Source of the DNA: the human T2T-CHM13v2.0 reference genome, Homo sapiens | Strand: one strand, 5' to 3' | DNA length: 64,000 nucleotides | Assembly (NCBI RefSeq): GCF_009914755.1 | Contig: NC_060928.1 | Shown here: positions 12,090 through 27,006 of the stretch, in pieces | Layout: each line of letters starts with the position of its first letter | How positions within the stretch are numbered: position 1 is the first letter of the stretch | Position numbers and translations under genes: made by a program | Notes under the pieces: generated by a model | What the model was told of the DNA's origin: nothing | What the model saw: only the letters and a program-made list of their open reading frames with translations | Databases searched by the model: none

Positions 12090-15000
12090 CTGTTTCTGTG
12101 ACCAGCAGAGCCAACATGTCTGGCACAAGCCTCTCCAGAGCCTGAGAACCAGCCCATCTGGCATCCTATGCCCCCAGCAAAGCTATGCCACTGCCTTCAA
12201 AAAAAAAAAAAAGGAACAAGAACAGAAAAGAAAAGAAAATGGCAGTCTATGCAGCTGGGGCATTTGCAGATATTGCTGGCATAGACTATAGCCAAAGTAT
12301 CACAGGAGACTGCATAACTGCATGCATCTAGAACCATACCCAAACCACCCTACCCAACACTATGGAATATATCTAGAGGAAAAAGTCTCCCTTAGGAATG
12401 CTAGCTCATAAAATTGAACGAGGCAACTGTTTTTACCAGATGTGCAGATAACAATGTTAGGGTGACAAGAAACATGAAAAAGCTAGGATACATGACATTT
12501 TCAAGGAAAGACAACAGTTCTTTAGTAACAGTCCCCAAGGTAAAGGAAATCTATAAAATGCCTAAAAGTGTTTTAAAATAATTTTGAAATACTTTTGAAT
12601 TTTTAATTTTTAAAGAAACTCAGTGAGATAAAAGGAAATACATATAGATGAATCAATAAAATCAGGAAAAGAATAATGATCTGAATAAGATATTCAACAG
12701 ATAAATATCATAAAAAGAACCAAACAAATATATCAGAGCTGAAGAATTCAATAAATGATGAAAAAATTCAGTTGAGAGCTTCAGCAACAGACCAGATCAA
12801 GCAGATCAAAGACATTCTGAACTTCAATACATATCTTTTGAAATCACTCAGTCAGACAAAAGAAGAAGTGAAAGAGTAAGAGGAGAAGAAGGAGGATGAC
12901 AAAAAGGAAGAAGAGGAAAAAAAGAAGAGGAGGAAGAAATGTTTTTAAATGAAGAAAGCTTACAAAATTTCTGGGACACCATTAAGTAAACAAGTATTCA
13001 CATTAAGAGAATTCCAGTAGGAGAGAAAGATGGAAAAATAAAATAGAAAATTTATTTAATAAAATAATACCTGAAAATTTCCCAAATTTGGGGGGAGATA
13101 TAGACATGCAGATTTGTGAAGCTCAAAGAATCCAAAATTGAATCAACCCAAAAAAGTCCTCTCCAAAGAAAATTATAGTCAAACTGTCAAAAGTCAAAAA
13201 CAAGAAAAGAATTCTAAAACAAACAAAAATTTAGCAAGCCCCATAAAAGAGAAACTCCATTAGAAGGAGAGCAGATTTTCCAGAGGAAACCATATAGGCC
13301 AGAAGAGAATGGGGTGATATATTCAAAGAGCTAAAAGGAAAAACATGGTAACCAAGAATACTATACTCTTCGAAGTTCTTCTTCAGATATGTAGGGGAAA
13401 TAAAATCTTTCATAGAAAAGCTAAATTGGAGGAAATTCATTACCACTAGGCAAGCCTCACAAGAAATTTCTTAAGGAAACCATACATCTAGAAATAAAGT
13501 ACAATAATTACCATCATGAAAACACAGTAAAGTATAAAATTCATTGGTAGAGCAGGTGCACAAATGAGAAAGAAATCAAACCCTATAACTACAAAAAAAA
13601 AACCTGCCCACCAACCTGCAAAGATAAGGGATAAGAAAGAAAGAATAAAAAAAAAAGGTATACAAAAAAGCTCAGAAAACAATTAACAAAATGACAAAAG
13701 CAAACGCTCACATATAAATAATAATATTGAATGCAAATAGATAGTTCTTCTAATTTAAAAATATAGACTAGCTGAATGGATTAAAAAAACAAATCCCAAC
13801 TATATGTGGCCTGCCATAAACTCACCTCATCTGTAAAGACACACATAGACTAAAAGTGAAGAGATGGAAAATGTTAGTCTATGCAAACAAAAACTAAAAG
13901 TAAAAAAAAAGGAGTTATAATTATATCAAATAGTATTTAAATCAAAATGGTAAAATAAACAATTAAGTTCATTTTATAACAATAAAGAAATCAACTCAGC
14001 AAGAGGATGTAGAGATTATAAATATATATGCACCTAACACTGGAGCACTCAGATATATAGAGCAAATATTACTAGAGCTAAGAAGAGAGACTCCAACACA
14101 ATCATAGTTGGAGAGTTCAACACCCTACTGTCAACACTAGATAGACCATTTAGCAAAAAAATAAAGAAATATAGGACTTAACTGCATTTTAGAGGATAGG
14201 GACCCAACATACATTTACAGGACATTTCATCCATCAGCTACAGTATACTCATTCTTGTCATCAGCATATGGAATATTTTCCAGGAATCAAGAAACCATAT
14301 ATGAAGTCACAAAATAATTCTCAACAAATTTTCAAAAACCAAAATCTTATCAAGTTTATTCCTAGACTACAATTGAATAAAATTAGAAATCAATAATTAA
14401 AGGAATGTTGAAACTATACAACTACATGAAAATTCAACAACATGCTCCTGAATGACGACCAATGGGTCAAAAAAGAAATTAAGAAGGATATTAAAAAATT
14501 TTTTGAATCAAATGAAAATAGAAACAAAGCATACTAAAACCTCTGGGTTACAAGTTTTGTATCATAATACTGCTTTTGTAGGATTAAGCAGCATTACCAT
14601 GCAAGTTTATAATAAATGCCTACAACAAAAAGGTAGAAAGATTTTCAATAAACAACCTAACAGTATACTTCATGAAACTAAAAAAGAAAGAACAAACCAA
14701 ACCCTAAATTAGTAGGAGGAAATAAGAAATAAACATGAGAGCAGAAATAAATGGAGACTAAAAAAATACAAAAGATCATCAAAACAAAGTTATTTTTTGA
14801 AAAGATAAAATAGACACATTATTAAACTAATAAAAAGACTCAAGTAATTAAAATCAGAAGTGAAAAAAAGAGACATTACAACTGACACCACGGAAATACA
14901 AGACCATTAGAGACCAATAAAAACAACCATAAACCAACAAACTGAAAAACCTAGAGGAAATGGATAAATTCCTGGACACATAAAATAAACCAAAATTAAA

Positions 15001-15603
15001 ATAGGAAGAAATAAGAAGCCTAAACAAACCAATAAATAGTAATGAGATTGAACGAGTAATTAAAAAGACTTCCAACAAAGAAAAGCTCAGGAACACAAGA
15101 ATTTATTTTTGAATTCTACCAAATTTTAAAAAAAGAACTAAAACCAATTCTATCCCAAAAAACTTGAAGAGAAGGAACTCACTCCTAACTCATTCTACAA
15201 GTCCAGCATTACCCTAATGCCAAATCATACAAGACGACAATAAAAAAAGAAAACCAAAAGCCAATATGCCTGATGAACATATATGGAAAATTTCTCAACA
15301 AAATATTATAGAACTGAATCCAGTAGCATCTCAAAAAGATAATATGTCATAATCAAGTGGGATTTGTTTTAGGGATATAAGGAGGAATCAACACATGTCA
15401 ATGAATAAATGTAATACATCACATTAACTGAATTAAAGACAAAAATGAAATGATCATCTTAATAGATGCAGAAAATTTGATAAAATTCAACATTCTTTCA
15501 TGATAAAAATGTTTAAGAAGTTAGGTATAGGAAAAAAATACCTCAACACAATAAAGATCATATATGACAAACTCACACCTAAAATATACTAAATAATTAT
15601 AAG

Positions 15604-15973
15604 TGTATTAGTCCATTCTCATGTTGCTACAAATAAATATCCAATACTGGGTAATTTACAAAAAAAAGAGGTTTAATTGGCTTACAGTTCTGCAGGCTGC
15701 ATAGGAAGCATAGCAGCTTCTGCTACTGGGGATGCTTTAGGAAACTTACTACCATTGTGGAAGATGAAAGGGCAGCAGGCATGTCTTACATGGCTGGAGT
15801 GTGAGGTAGAGAGGAGGGGAGGTACTACAATATCTCACAAGATATAAGGAGGATCATGTTAAATCATTAGAAACTGTCCCCATGATTCAATCACTTCCCG
15901 TCAAGCCCCTCCTCCAGCATTAGAGATTACATTTCAACATGAGATTTTGGTGGTGACATAGATCTAAACCATA
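15604..15973 (-). mobile_element. MSTA solo LTR within L1 ORF2
   Basis: TGTATTAGTCCATTCTC..GAGGTTTAATTGGCTTACAGTTCTGCAGGCTG..AAACCATA. Flanks ATAAG/ATGAG. Confidence 0.87.
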
Positions 15974-17496
15974 ATGAGTATGAACTGGAACAAGACAATG
16001 GTGTCCACTTTACCCTCTATTATTCAAACTAGAATTTGGGAAGACCTAGCCTTAGTCAAGAGAAAAAAAAAAAGAATATCCAAATTAGAAAAGAGATTGT
16101 TTCTGCTGGCAAATGAAATTACCTTATATATAGACAAATCTTATGACTCTACCAAACACAAACAAACAAAAAACTTCTGAAAGCTAATGAACAAATTCAA
16201 ACTTGCAGGACACAAAATTATCATACACAAATTAGCACCATTTTTATACACCAATGAGAAACTAGTTGAAAATGAAATCACTAAAATAACCTTATTTCGC
16301 GTAGCTACAAGAAAGAAATAAAGTACCTAGGAATAAATTTAATTAAGGAAATAAAATATCTCTACAATGAAAACTACAAAACTGATGAAAAGAATTGAAG
16401 GACACAAGCAAATGAAAAGGCATCCTATGGCCATGGATTAAAAAAATGACTACTATAAAGATAATCATACTGTCCAAAGTGATCTACACACTCAATGCTA
16501 TCCCTATCAAAGTACTAATGCCATGTTTCACAAAAATAGAAAAACAATTCTAAAATTCACGTGGAACCAAAAAGGGGCCCAAATAGCCAAAGCAATCCTG
16601 ATTTAAAAGAACAAACCGGGAGGCAACTTAATACCTGAATTCAAATTATACTGTAAACCTACAGTAAGCAAAACATTATGGCATTGTTAAAAAAGATACA
16701 TTAACCAATGGATCCAAATACATAATCCAGGAATAAACTCATATATTTACGGCCAACTGATTTTTAACAAAGGCGTAAAGAACATACAAAAAGGGAAAAA
16801 CACTCTCCTAAATAAGTCGAGAAAACTGGATATCCACAAGCAGAAGAATGAAACTAGACCTCTACCTCTCACCATACACAAACAGCAACTCAAAATATAT
16901 TCAATATTTAAATATAAGCCTAAAAATTATGAAATTATCAAAAGAAAACATAGGGGAGATGCTTGAGAACATTGGTAAGCAAAAATTTTATAAGTAAGAC
17001 TTCAAAAGCACAGATAACAAAAATGAAACTAGACAAATGAGACTGTGCCAAACTAAAAAACTTTTGCACAACAAAGGAAACCATGAATGGAGTGAAGATA
17101 TGACCAATTGTATGGGAGAAAATATATGCAAACTATTCATCTAACAAATGATAAATATCTAGAATATACAAGGAACTCAAACAATTCAACTACAGAAAAA
17201 AATCCAATTAAAAATTGGCTAAGAATCTGAGTAAACGTTTCTCAGAAGAAGAGATACAAATGATCAACAAATATGAGAAGAAATGCTTGACCTCATTAAT
17301 CATCAGGGAAATGCAGATCAAAACCATGAAAAATATCATCTCACCCCAGTTAGAATGGCTATTATCAAAAAGACAGATAACTAATATTGGCAAAGATGCA
17401 GAGTAAGAAGAATCTTTTATACACTGTAGGTGAAAATGTAAATTAATACAGCCATTATGTAAAACATAATGGAGGTTTCTCCAAAAACTCAAAATA

Positions 17497-17826
<330 letters not shown>

Positions 17827-19060
17827 TTAGCCAAAGAAAAGAAATTAGTATATCAAGGAGATACATGCCTTCCCATGTTTATTGCACTACTATTCACTAT
17901 AGCCTAAATATGGAATCAATCCAAATGTTTATCAGTGGATGAATGGATACAGAAAATATGGTACATATACAGAATGATATACTCATCAACAGGAATAAAA
18001 TTGTGTCCTTTGTGGTAAAATATATAAGCTCAGAGGACATCATGTTAAGTGAAATAATCCAGACATAGAAATACAAATACTGCATGTATTCATTAATGTG
18101 TGGGTTCTAAACAAAAGTTGATGTCATAAAAGTAGAGAACAGTGTTGTTTTCTTTAGAAGATGAGAGGGCTGGAGGAGAGGAGATTATGGAGAGACCAGT
18201 TACTGGATACAAAATTATAGTTAGACAGGAAGAATAAACTCTAGTATTTGAAAGCACTATAAGGTTAATAAATTTAACAATAATTTAATATATTTTTTAA
18301 AAAAGCTAGAAGAGAGGATTTTAAATGTTCTCAACCTATAAAAAATAAATATTTGAGGTAATAGAGATGCGAAGTAGCCTGATTTGATTACCACTCAAGT
18401 ATACATGTGTTGAAGTATCACTCTATATCCCATAAATCTGTGTCAATTATTGTCAACTAAAAATGAAAAGTAGGTGAAAAAGAAGACAGAAAAGACAATG
18501 GGAGACATATGAAACATAAGAGGAAATACTGTGATCAGGTTTTCAATAAGTACCTCAAAAGTCAGATTTATTGTATAAGGATCTCCTGTCCAAAAAAACC
18601 ACACATACCTTAAGTGCCTCCTGTATATAATCCAAAGGTAAATGGCATGCTATCTTCGTTCTCTTGATGAAGTTACCACTCTAGTATAGAAAGTGACTAC
18701 TTTTATTAACCACAATCTGAACTTTTTCTCTAAGAAGCAAACACATTAATTTTATGGATAGGCTTTTATTAGTTGAAGAGGGAAATGTAGGATTTGACAT
18801 AGGATATGTAAGATTTTTCTAGGAAGCCTTTATGTTTACTGCCTGATTTGAATAAAAAGGTATTTTACCTCTTGCCCTCCTTTACAATTGTCAGCAAAAT
18901 GAATGAATTTCAACACATCTAGATAATTTGGTTTTAGGGAGTAAGACAATTAACTCATTTTTTCACATTTTGTTGCTGTTTATAAAGGATGGCCCTTTTT
19001 AAAACTTTTTAGCTACTTCATAGAATATCAACTTGAATAAGTCTTTACTTTTTAAAGTTA

Positions 19061-19326
19061 GTCGTATATAGAGCAATTGCAAAAATAATACAGTTAACTC
19101 CCACACACTCCTCACCCAGCTTTCCCCACTGCTAACATCTCATATAGCCATAATACAATTATCAAAGTTAAGAAATTAACCTTAGTACAACACCGCTAGT
19201 TAAATTACAGACCTTCCTCAGATTTCATCAGTTTCACCACTAATATCTGTTTTCTGCTCCAAAACTCAGTCTTGGAACTCACATTGTATTTAGTGGCCCT
19301 GTTTCCTTAAATTTCCTCCAATCTGT
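19061..19326 (-). mobile_element. L1MC-type 3'UTR fragment
   Basis: TTGCAAAAATAATACAG..CCTCACCCAGCTTTCCCC..ACATTGTATTTAGT matches antisense L1MC 3' ends. Confidence 0.7.
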
Positions 19327-19333
19327 TCCTCGG

Positions 19334-19719
19334 TGTTACCGGTTGAATTGCCTGCCTCCACTGGCCCTGAGGCAACCCATTCATATATTGAAGTCCTAAA
19401 TTCCAGAACTTCAGAATGTGACCTTATTGGGAGATAGGGTTTTTATAAATGTAATCAAGTTAAAATGAGGTCATTAGAGTAGACCTTGAGTCAATAAGAC
19501 CGGTGTCCTCATAAGAAGGACAAATTTGGACAGAGACATGTAGAGGGAAAATGATGTGAAGACACAAGGAGATGAGGGACATCTACAAACCGGGAAGAGA
19601 GAGGCCTGGTACAGATCCTTCCCTCACAGCTCTCAGAAAGAAGCAGCCCTGATAGCCTCTTGATTTTGGACTCCTACACTCCAGAAATTTGAGACAGTAT
19701 ATTTCTGTTGTTTAAGTCA
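19334..19719 (+). mobile_element. MLT1B LTR lacking U5
   Basis: CAGAATGTGACCTTATTGGGAGATAGGGT..GATGTGAAGACACA. It stops at TTTCTGTTGTTTAAGTCA. Confidence 0.85.
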
Positions 19720-22009
19720 AGAAAAGAAAAGTTAACTTTATATCTATATTCTATTATTATATTAGGCCTACAGTTCAAAACATGCAAATGTCTTTTCTGA
19801 TTAATTGCAAAGTTTGGTTTCCTAGATCAATGCTCTACATGAGGAGCAGATTACTTTTAAACATTGTTAATTCACTATTGATCACTGTTAAACTCTGTGG
19901 CACCTAGTGGAGAAACTCCGGTAGAATAATTTATCAGTGTTTCTGTCTATTATAAAGTTTTTAAAAGTCTCTATTTTGCAACTGCTGTGTTTGAGTTGCT
20001 TATGTTCAATATATCCTCCACTTCACCCTGTTACTGATACCTTGATACAACTTGGATTTTACTGAACCTGTTAACAGTAATTTTAAGTGGCATTATTATG
20101 AGTTTTTTATGTGAGGCTTTTTCTTTTTTAATGTGTATTTTAGAGGTCTATTCTATTCATGGATGAGTTTTTCATCTGCCCCCAACTCTGTACCCTCTGC
20201 AGTAGAAAATAGCAATGAAGGATTATTTTCTACATGAAGAAGACTTAATTGGTATTACCCCAAACATAGAATATCATTGTTATGTAGCTAACTTGGCCTT
20301 TCCTTCAACCATAGGCAATAATTATCTGAGTATACTTCATTTGAGTCTCTGACATAAAAAGATGGCCTAAGAAAATAAATCTTCCCCCCAAAATGAAAAT
20401 TCAACAATGCAATAACACTTACAAAATTATTCCCACTAAAACATCCTCCTACATTTTACTCATGATTATTCTTTAAAAGATATAGTGGACATATAAAAAT
20501 TCAAAGCAAATTAATATTAAATTAGAAATCCTAAAAACATATTGGATTTTATTAGGTAAATAATTATGTAAATTAATGTAAAATTAAAGGATTTTAAGGG
20601 ACTCTGAAAATGTGATGAACCACTGAAACATTTTACAAAATGCTCTGATTTCTTTCACTGTAATATTTTTATCACAAAACTAACACATACATTATGACCT
20701 ACTTTAACACTTGTTATCATTAATGTAATAATCAATTACTGACTCCCCCAAATAAAAAACCTGACAAGCCTTCTTTTGAAAATGTACTTTATTCTCCATA
20801 TTTGGTCACTTTTCACGTTTATTACCTCTGATTTTTTACCTCTAATTTTTTCACTTTTTACTTTCACCACTGATAGTATTCCTGGTCAGAAACTAATAGA
20901 CTATAGCCTCATCTGTGAAAGTATTTGCTAGCCTTCTTCAACATTCTCAAAGAATCCTTCTATATACCTCAAATGTAGATTTTTATTATGTTGTTTGAAA
21001 AGAGTTTACAATTCTCCCTCACTAAATTATGCTTTCTTGAATTGTACAAACCACATTTTGTTTATAAAACTATTCTAGTGTCTATGAACATTTGTCTTTC
21101 ACAGAAATGGTTGTCAAAATATGTTAAAATAACAATTTAGGTTAGAATAGATACAAAAGAAAAATAACTTCCATATTAATAAAGTGGGAAACTGTGTTAA
21201 TTTCCAACATAAAGTTCATTTAAAAAATATTTTGGTTTTTGAGTCTGACTTTATTTATTTTAGCTGTAGAAAGACTTACTAGATCCAAGTGGATTTAGAA
21301 GTAAATTATTTCACTGGGGATGTGTAAGCTGTGAGTGACTGCTGTTAGCAGTTTGGATTGAACACAAAAGACATAAATATAGTAATAACTTGATTAGGAG
21401 GTAAGCAGAAGAGAAAATAGAAGTTTGTTTTGTATTTTTGTGTGTTTTTACTATGATGTATAAAATTCTTACCATTCAAAAAAAAAATCACAAAACTTCA
21501 TTCAACTGTAGATTCCTGCTGAAATTCTAGAGTAAGCAATGGGCCTTTCATTATGATTTCTTCCCTCAAATCAGTTTCCTGTGTATTTTGTAACTGTGAT
21601 AAGTTTCATGTCTCTCTCAACTACTACTGCTTTCACCAGTGTTATAAAAAAAAATTGTGTGGTATATAAATTCTTATGGAAATGTAGTACTAAAAAACCA
21701 ATGAACTTTTTTACTATGGGAAATTCATCCTACATAGGATTTTCAGAATCTTATTAGCTAGATATATCAACCCTGGTAAATGATTAATCCAGTATATGGG
21801 GAGCCATATAACTAAACTCTCAAAATGCAAGATACATAGAATTTAGGAAATGTATGTCTTTATGCTTAAGGCAACTTCATTTACTAACTTTTCAAATTTG
21901 TCCTAGTTTTTACTTGAACAATGTTCAAACATTAAATGTGTCCCCAACTCAAATACATACACTAGCAGGAGGATTTAGCCTTAGAGTGCCAGATGTCTTA
22001 GCTGATTCT

Positions 22010-23110
22010 GGACCTATTTATAAGTCATAAAACTATAGAACTTCTAGAAGAAAATCTAGGAGAAAATTTTTTAACTATTGGATTAGGCAAATGTTTTCGA
22101 GGGACACAAAATCACCAACTATAGAAGAAAATCAGTGATAAATAAATTAATTCAAAATTAGTAATTATTATTCCTTGAAAGATAAACAAATGAAAAGGAA
22201 GCCACAGGCTGAGAGAAAGTATTTTCAAAACACATATCAGTTAAACAACTTACATCCAGAATATATTATGTACTCTTCCAACTCAATAAGAAGACAAATG
22301 ATTCAATATTAAATGAATAAAAGATCTGAAAAAAATACTTCACTAAAGTAGATAAATGGATGGCTAATAAGCCCTTGGAAACATGCTCACCATCACTAGC
22401 CATGAAATACAAATTAAATTAAAATACAAATCACATGCAAATTAAAACCACAATTAAATATCACTATGTACCTATTAAAGTATCCTAAATTTAAAAGTAT
22501 AGCTATAGTAAGCAATGCAAATTCTCATATATCATTGAGATTTAGAAAAAAGATACAGCCTACTTAGATAACAGTTGAACAGTGTATTACACAGTTAAAC
22601 ATACAATCACCATGTGATTCATTGATTCCTATTTTTGATATACATACCCAAGATTAATTAAAACATGTCCACACAAATACTTATAATCAAATTTTTATAT
22701 AATTCCATTCACAATCACTGCAAAATAAAAAGTTTAATGTCCATCGTCAATTCATGAATGGATAAAAAATGTGATATATCCATCAATGGAATACAATTCA
22801 TCAAAAAATAAAAAAAAAACTGATACACAAGTGACATAGGTGAAACTCAAAATCACTTTGCTTTTTGAAGAAAAAAGATGACAAAGAGTATATACTTTAT
22901 AATTGCTATAGTTTCTTTACATGGAATTCAAGAAAAATCATTACTACAGTAAAAAAAAAAAGTGGATTAGTAGTTTCTAGGTAGACGGGGTGCATACATT
23001 TAGTGATCTTGGCTACACAGTAACAGTTACCTGAAAATATATTTGTCAATAGCATTTGAATTATAAGCTTAGAAAAGCGTATTTCCTTTTATGTAATTAA
23101 AGCTCAGATC
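22010..23110 (+). mobile_element. L1ME ORF2 end and 3'UTR
   Basis: AAACTATAGAACTTCTAGAAGAAAATCTAGGAGAAAAT and downstream L1ME 3' motifs. Confidence 0.78.
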
Positions 23111-23802
23111 TAAAAATACTTTAACAATATATAAAACAGAGTTGGTAAGCAGGAATACAAACATAGAAGAATCAAATTATTCATTTGGGTACAATTTAGT
23201 TGTGTATTTTATTTATCATGTCTAACTTGTGAAATAAAAAGAACTAAATTACATGACAAAATAGCTCACAGGGTAATAAAATGGTATAATTTTATTTTTC
23301 ATTTATCATTTAGGAGATGGATTAATATGTTGCTTATTGGCTTTGATAAGTTAAATACTCATGATAAAATTTCTAAGACAAATACTAAATAATAAAAAAT
23401 AATTACATAATTACTACCACCTAAAATGGGCACATGAGTAGAAAAATATAGAAAAACCAAAAACAGAAAATGATATTTTAAGAGAATCTACATAGTTTCA
23501 TTATCAGAGTGAATTTAAATAGACTAATTGTGTCACATGAACAAAATAATTATCAGATTGCATATTAAAATCTAATTATATGCTATTTATAAGATATACA
23601 CTAAAATCATGAGACTATAGAAAGTTTGAAAATAAAGGCATGAAAAAATATGAGAACACAAAACAAAGCAAAACAAAAAATTGGGGGCTGTTACTCTAAG
23701 ATAAAGCATTCAATTAACAAATTAAGAAAATGATAAAATAGTCTAAACAATATGAATCGACAATAAATACAACAGTAGAGAAAAATAACAAATTTGTCAT
23801 TA

Positions 23803-24584
<782 letters not shown>

Positions 24585-24627
24585 ATTATGGTATGCTATT
24601 GCATCACAGTTCTTCCAATTTTGATGT

Positions 24628-25220
24628 TGCTATGGTTTGAATTTTTCCCTCAAAGTTCATGTGTTAAAACCTAATCCCCAACACAACTTTAAGAGGCGCT
24701 TAACTCATGAGGGCTTCAGCCGGATGAACTGATTAATGTTGTTTTTGTGGGAGTGGGATAAAATAATGAGTTTGGCCCCCTTCCCACAAGTTCTCTAATT
24801 CTTACCTTCTTTTGCCCTTCCTCCTTTCACAATGAAATGAAGCAGCAAGATGATCCTCGCCAGATACGTGGGCCTCTTGAACTTGGACTTCCCAGCCTGC
24901 AGAATGGTAAGAAATAAATGTCTTTCTTCTGGATCAAACCAATCCCCTGAGCCCTATGCAAATCAGACACCACCTCCTCCAGCCTCCTCATATAACTGGC
25001 TAATTTCCGCTGCACTCAGGGTTTTCTCTTCATTCGAATCCCTCTTCCCTCTGCCTCTGTATGGGGGAGCTGTTTTCTTCTTCCTTCCTTCTTTCTTGCC
25101 TATTAAACTTTTTGCTCCTTAAAACCAAAACCAAACAAACAAAAAGAAATAAATGTCTTTTCTTTGTAGATTACCTAGTCTATAGCATTATGTTATTACA
25201 ACACAAAATGGACTAAGAAA
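24628..25220 (+). mobile_element. MSTD solo LTR
   Basis: TGCTATGGTTTGAAT..GGACTAAGAAA with an exact 5-bp TSD GATGT (24623-24627 / 25221-25225). Confidence 0.88.
24926..25143 (+). mobile_element. Processed ERV1 LTR fragment (LTR25/LTR9-like) with poly(A) tail
   Basis: CCCTATGCAAATCAGACACCACCTCCTCC..GCCTATTAAAC, then an A-rich tail. 17-bp TSD AAGAAATAAATGTCTTT. Confidence 0.82.
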
Positions 25221-26272
25221 GATGTTTTACAGACAAAAATTCAATAAAAACGTAAAGTTTTGAATGACACAATAACGACTTTCATTTATTGAGATCATGT
25301 AGAACTATAAACACAATAATGTGTGAATTGCTTGAGCACATATAGAACATTTGCAAACAACTGGCCACATTCTAAAATAAAAATCTATTTTCAGTAACTA
25401 TTACATGCTGACAATGATATAAAACTCATCCTGTAATGATAATACAAGTAAATTTAAGTCAATCAAAATAGAAAACAAAAATTATATAAATTGAATGTTT
25501 CAAAGCACACTGATAAAAATCTCATAGTTCAAAGAAATATTAGTTCTATGAGAAAAATCTCATAGTTCAAAGAGATGTAATTTATAAAGCAATTAGAATT
25601 TTTATATATGCATATCGATAAATGTAATAGTGACAAGGGTACTCAAAAGATGATTATTTTAATAAATGCTTACCATAAAATAATGTGAATGTTAATAATT
25701 ATTTAAACTTAATATATAAGCAAAATAACAAGAAAAATGATTATATTGCAAAAGAAATAATACAGAAAACAAAAACATAATAGAAGATGTTGGCAAAGCC
25801 AAAGCTGATTATTTGAGATGACTAATTAAGTTATAATATCTTTTCTTGAAGATAATTGAGAAAAATGAGAAGGTAAAAATGAAGGTAATGATTTAAAAGA
25901 CAAAACATTGGTATAGGTCTAACAAAGGTTTAAAAATATAATACTAAGAAAATTGGTATGGTAATAAATTTATAACTTAGAAGAAATGGACAACTTTCTA
26001 GGAAAAATTCTTTAAATGTTTTATTTTAATCATTAAATTAATTAAATCATTTTAAAACATATTTCTTGAAACACCAACTGATATGATATTTCACATGAAT
26101 TTTGTCAAAATGTCAAGAAACAGGTAATTCTTCCTTCAAATAAATAAGTTTGTCACAGAATATCAAGAAAATAAAATATTACTAGCTTTCTTTCCAGAAA
26201 CTGAAAGCTATCTTAATATATAGCGGTTTCTATAGCTGACCACGTAGGCAACTCTGTAACTTTCTACATATA

Positions 26273-26650
26273 TATCGAATGTTATTTTATTCCAAAGCAG
26301 TATTTATCAGTATACATTCACAATAACTAATTATACAAGATCTTATTTCATATTCTCTCCCAAACTGGGTATTAACACATATCTTAATTGTAGCCAAACT
26401 AGTGGGCATAAAATTCTATCTTATGGTGATCTCCTTTATCATTTCATTGATTACAAATGAAGTTAAGAACATATTTTCATGTGTTTATTCATCCTTTTAC
26501 TCTTATTTTAAATTATAAGTCCTTTCTTTTGCTTGTTTGTACTTTGTTATTTTTCTTTTATTTGATCCACAGGAATTCTTTCTATATATTGGATCCTAAG
26601 TATTTGTTGGTTTTAGATATAACAAGTATCTTCTTTTAGTTTATATCTTA
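26273..26650 (-). mobile_element. L1ME fragment inverted relative to the flanking L1 pieces
   Basis: Antisense ORF2-end motifs TTCCAAAGCAG..TACATTCAC, CATATTTTCATGTGTTTATT and TTCTATATATTGGAT. Confidence 0.75.
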
Positions 26651-26654
26651 CAAC

Positions 26655-26912
26655 TGTGACAGGTCAGAGATTTTACTCAAGTTGCAAGGTCACATGTTAG
26701 CTTGCCACAGTGTCCTAGATGTTGAAGAAGACAAAAGATTCCTAAGAGTAATGAGACGTTATCACTCACAGCACAGCAAATGGCATGAATATCAGTATAT
26801 TTGCATCGGCTCCCCTTGCCCTCAAATTCTAAGAGAGTGAAGAGATGGGTCAAGGTACATACCATTTGCAGAGTGGGTATGATTCACAGCTGAAGTACCC
26901 AGGTTAAGGATC
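26655..26912 (-). mobile_element. MER76-like ERVL LTR fragment
   Basis: GGTCAGAGATTTTACTCAAGTTGCAAG..GTTAGCTTGCCACAGT..CACTCACAGCACAGCA..CCCCTTGCCC matches the recalled MER76 antisense. Confidence 0.65.
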
Positions 26913-26915
26913 CAT

Positions 26916-26991
26916 TACCTATTCACCAAAGAGTGAACATTGCAGACGAGTTTACTGCTGTCTACAATGTTCACTCTTTGGTCAATAGGTA
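26916..26991. repeat. Inverted repeat/hairpin: 32-bp arms and a 12-nt loop
   Basis: 26916-26947 matches the reverse complement of 26960-26991 at 30 of 32 positions. Confidence 0.97.
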
Positions 26992-27006
26992 CTGGGCCCT
27001 TAGCCC

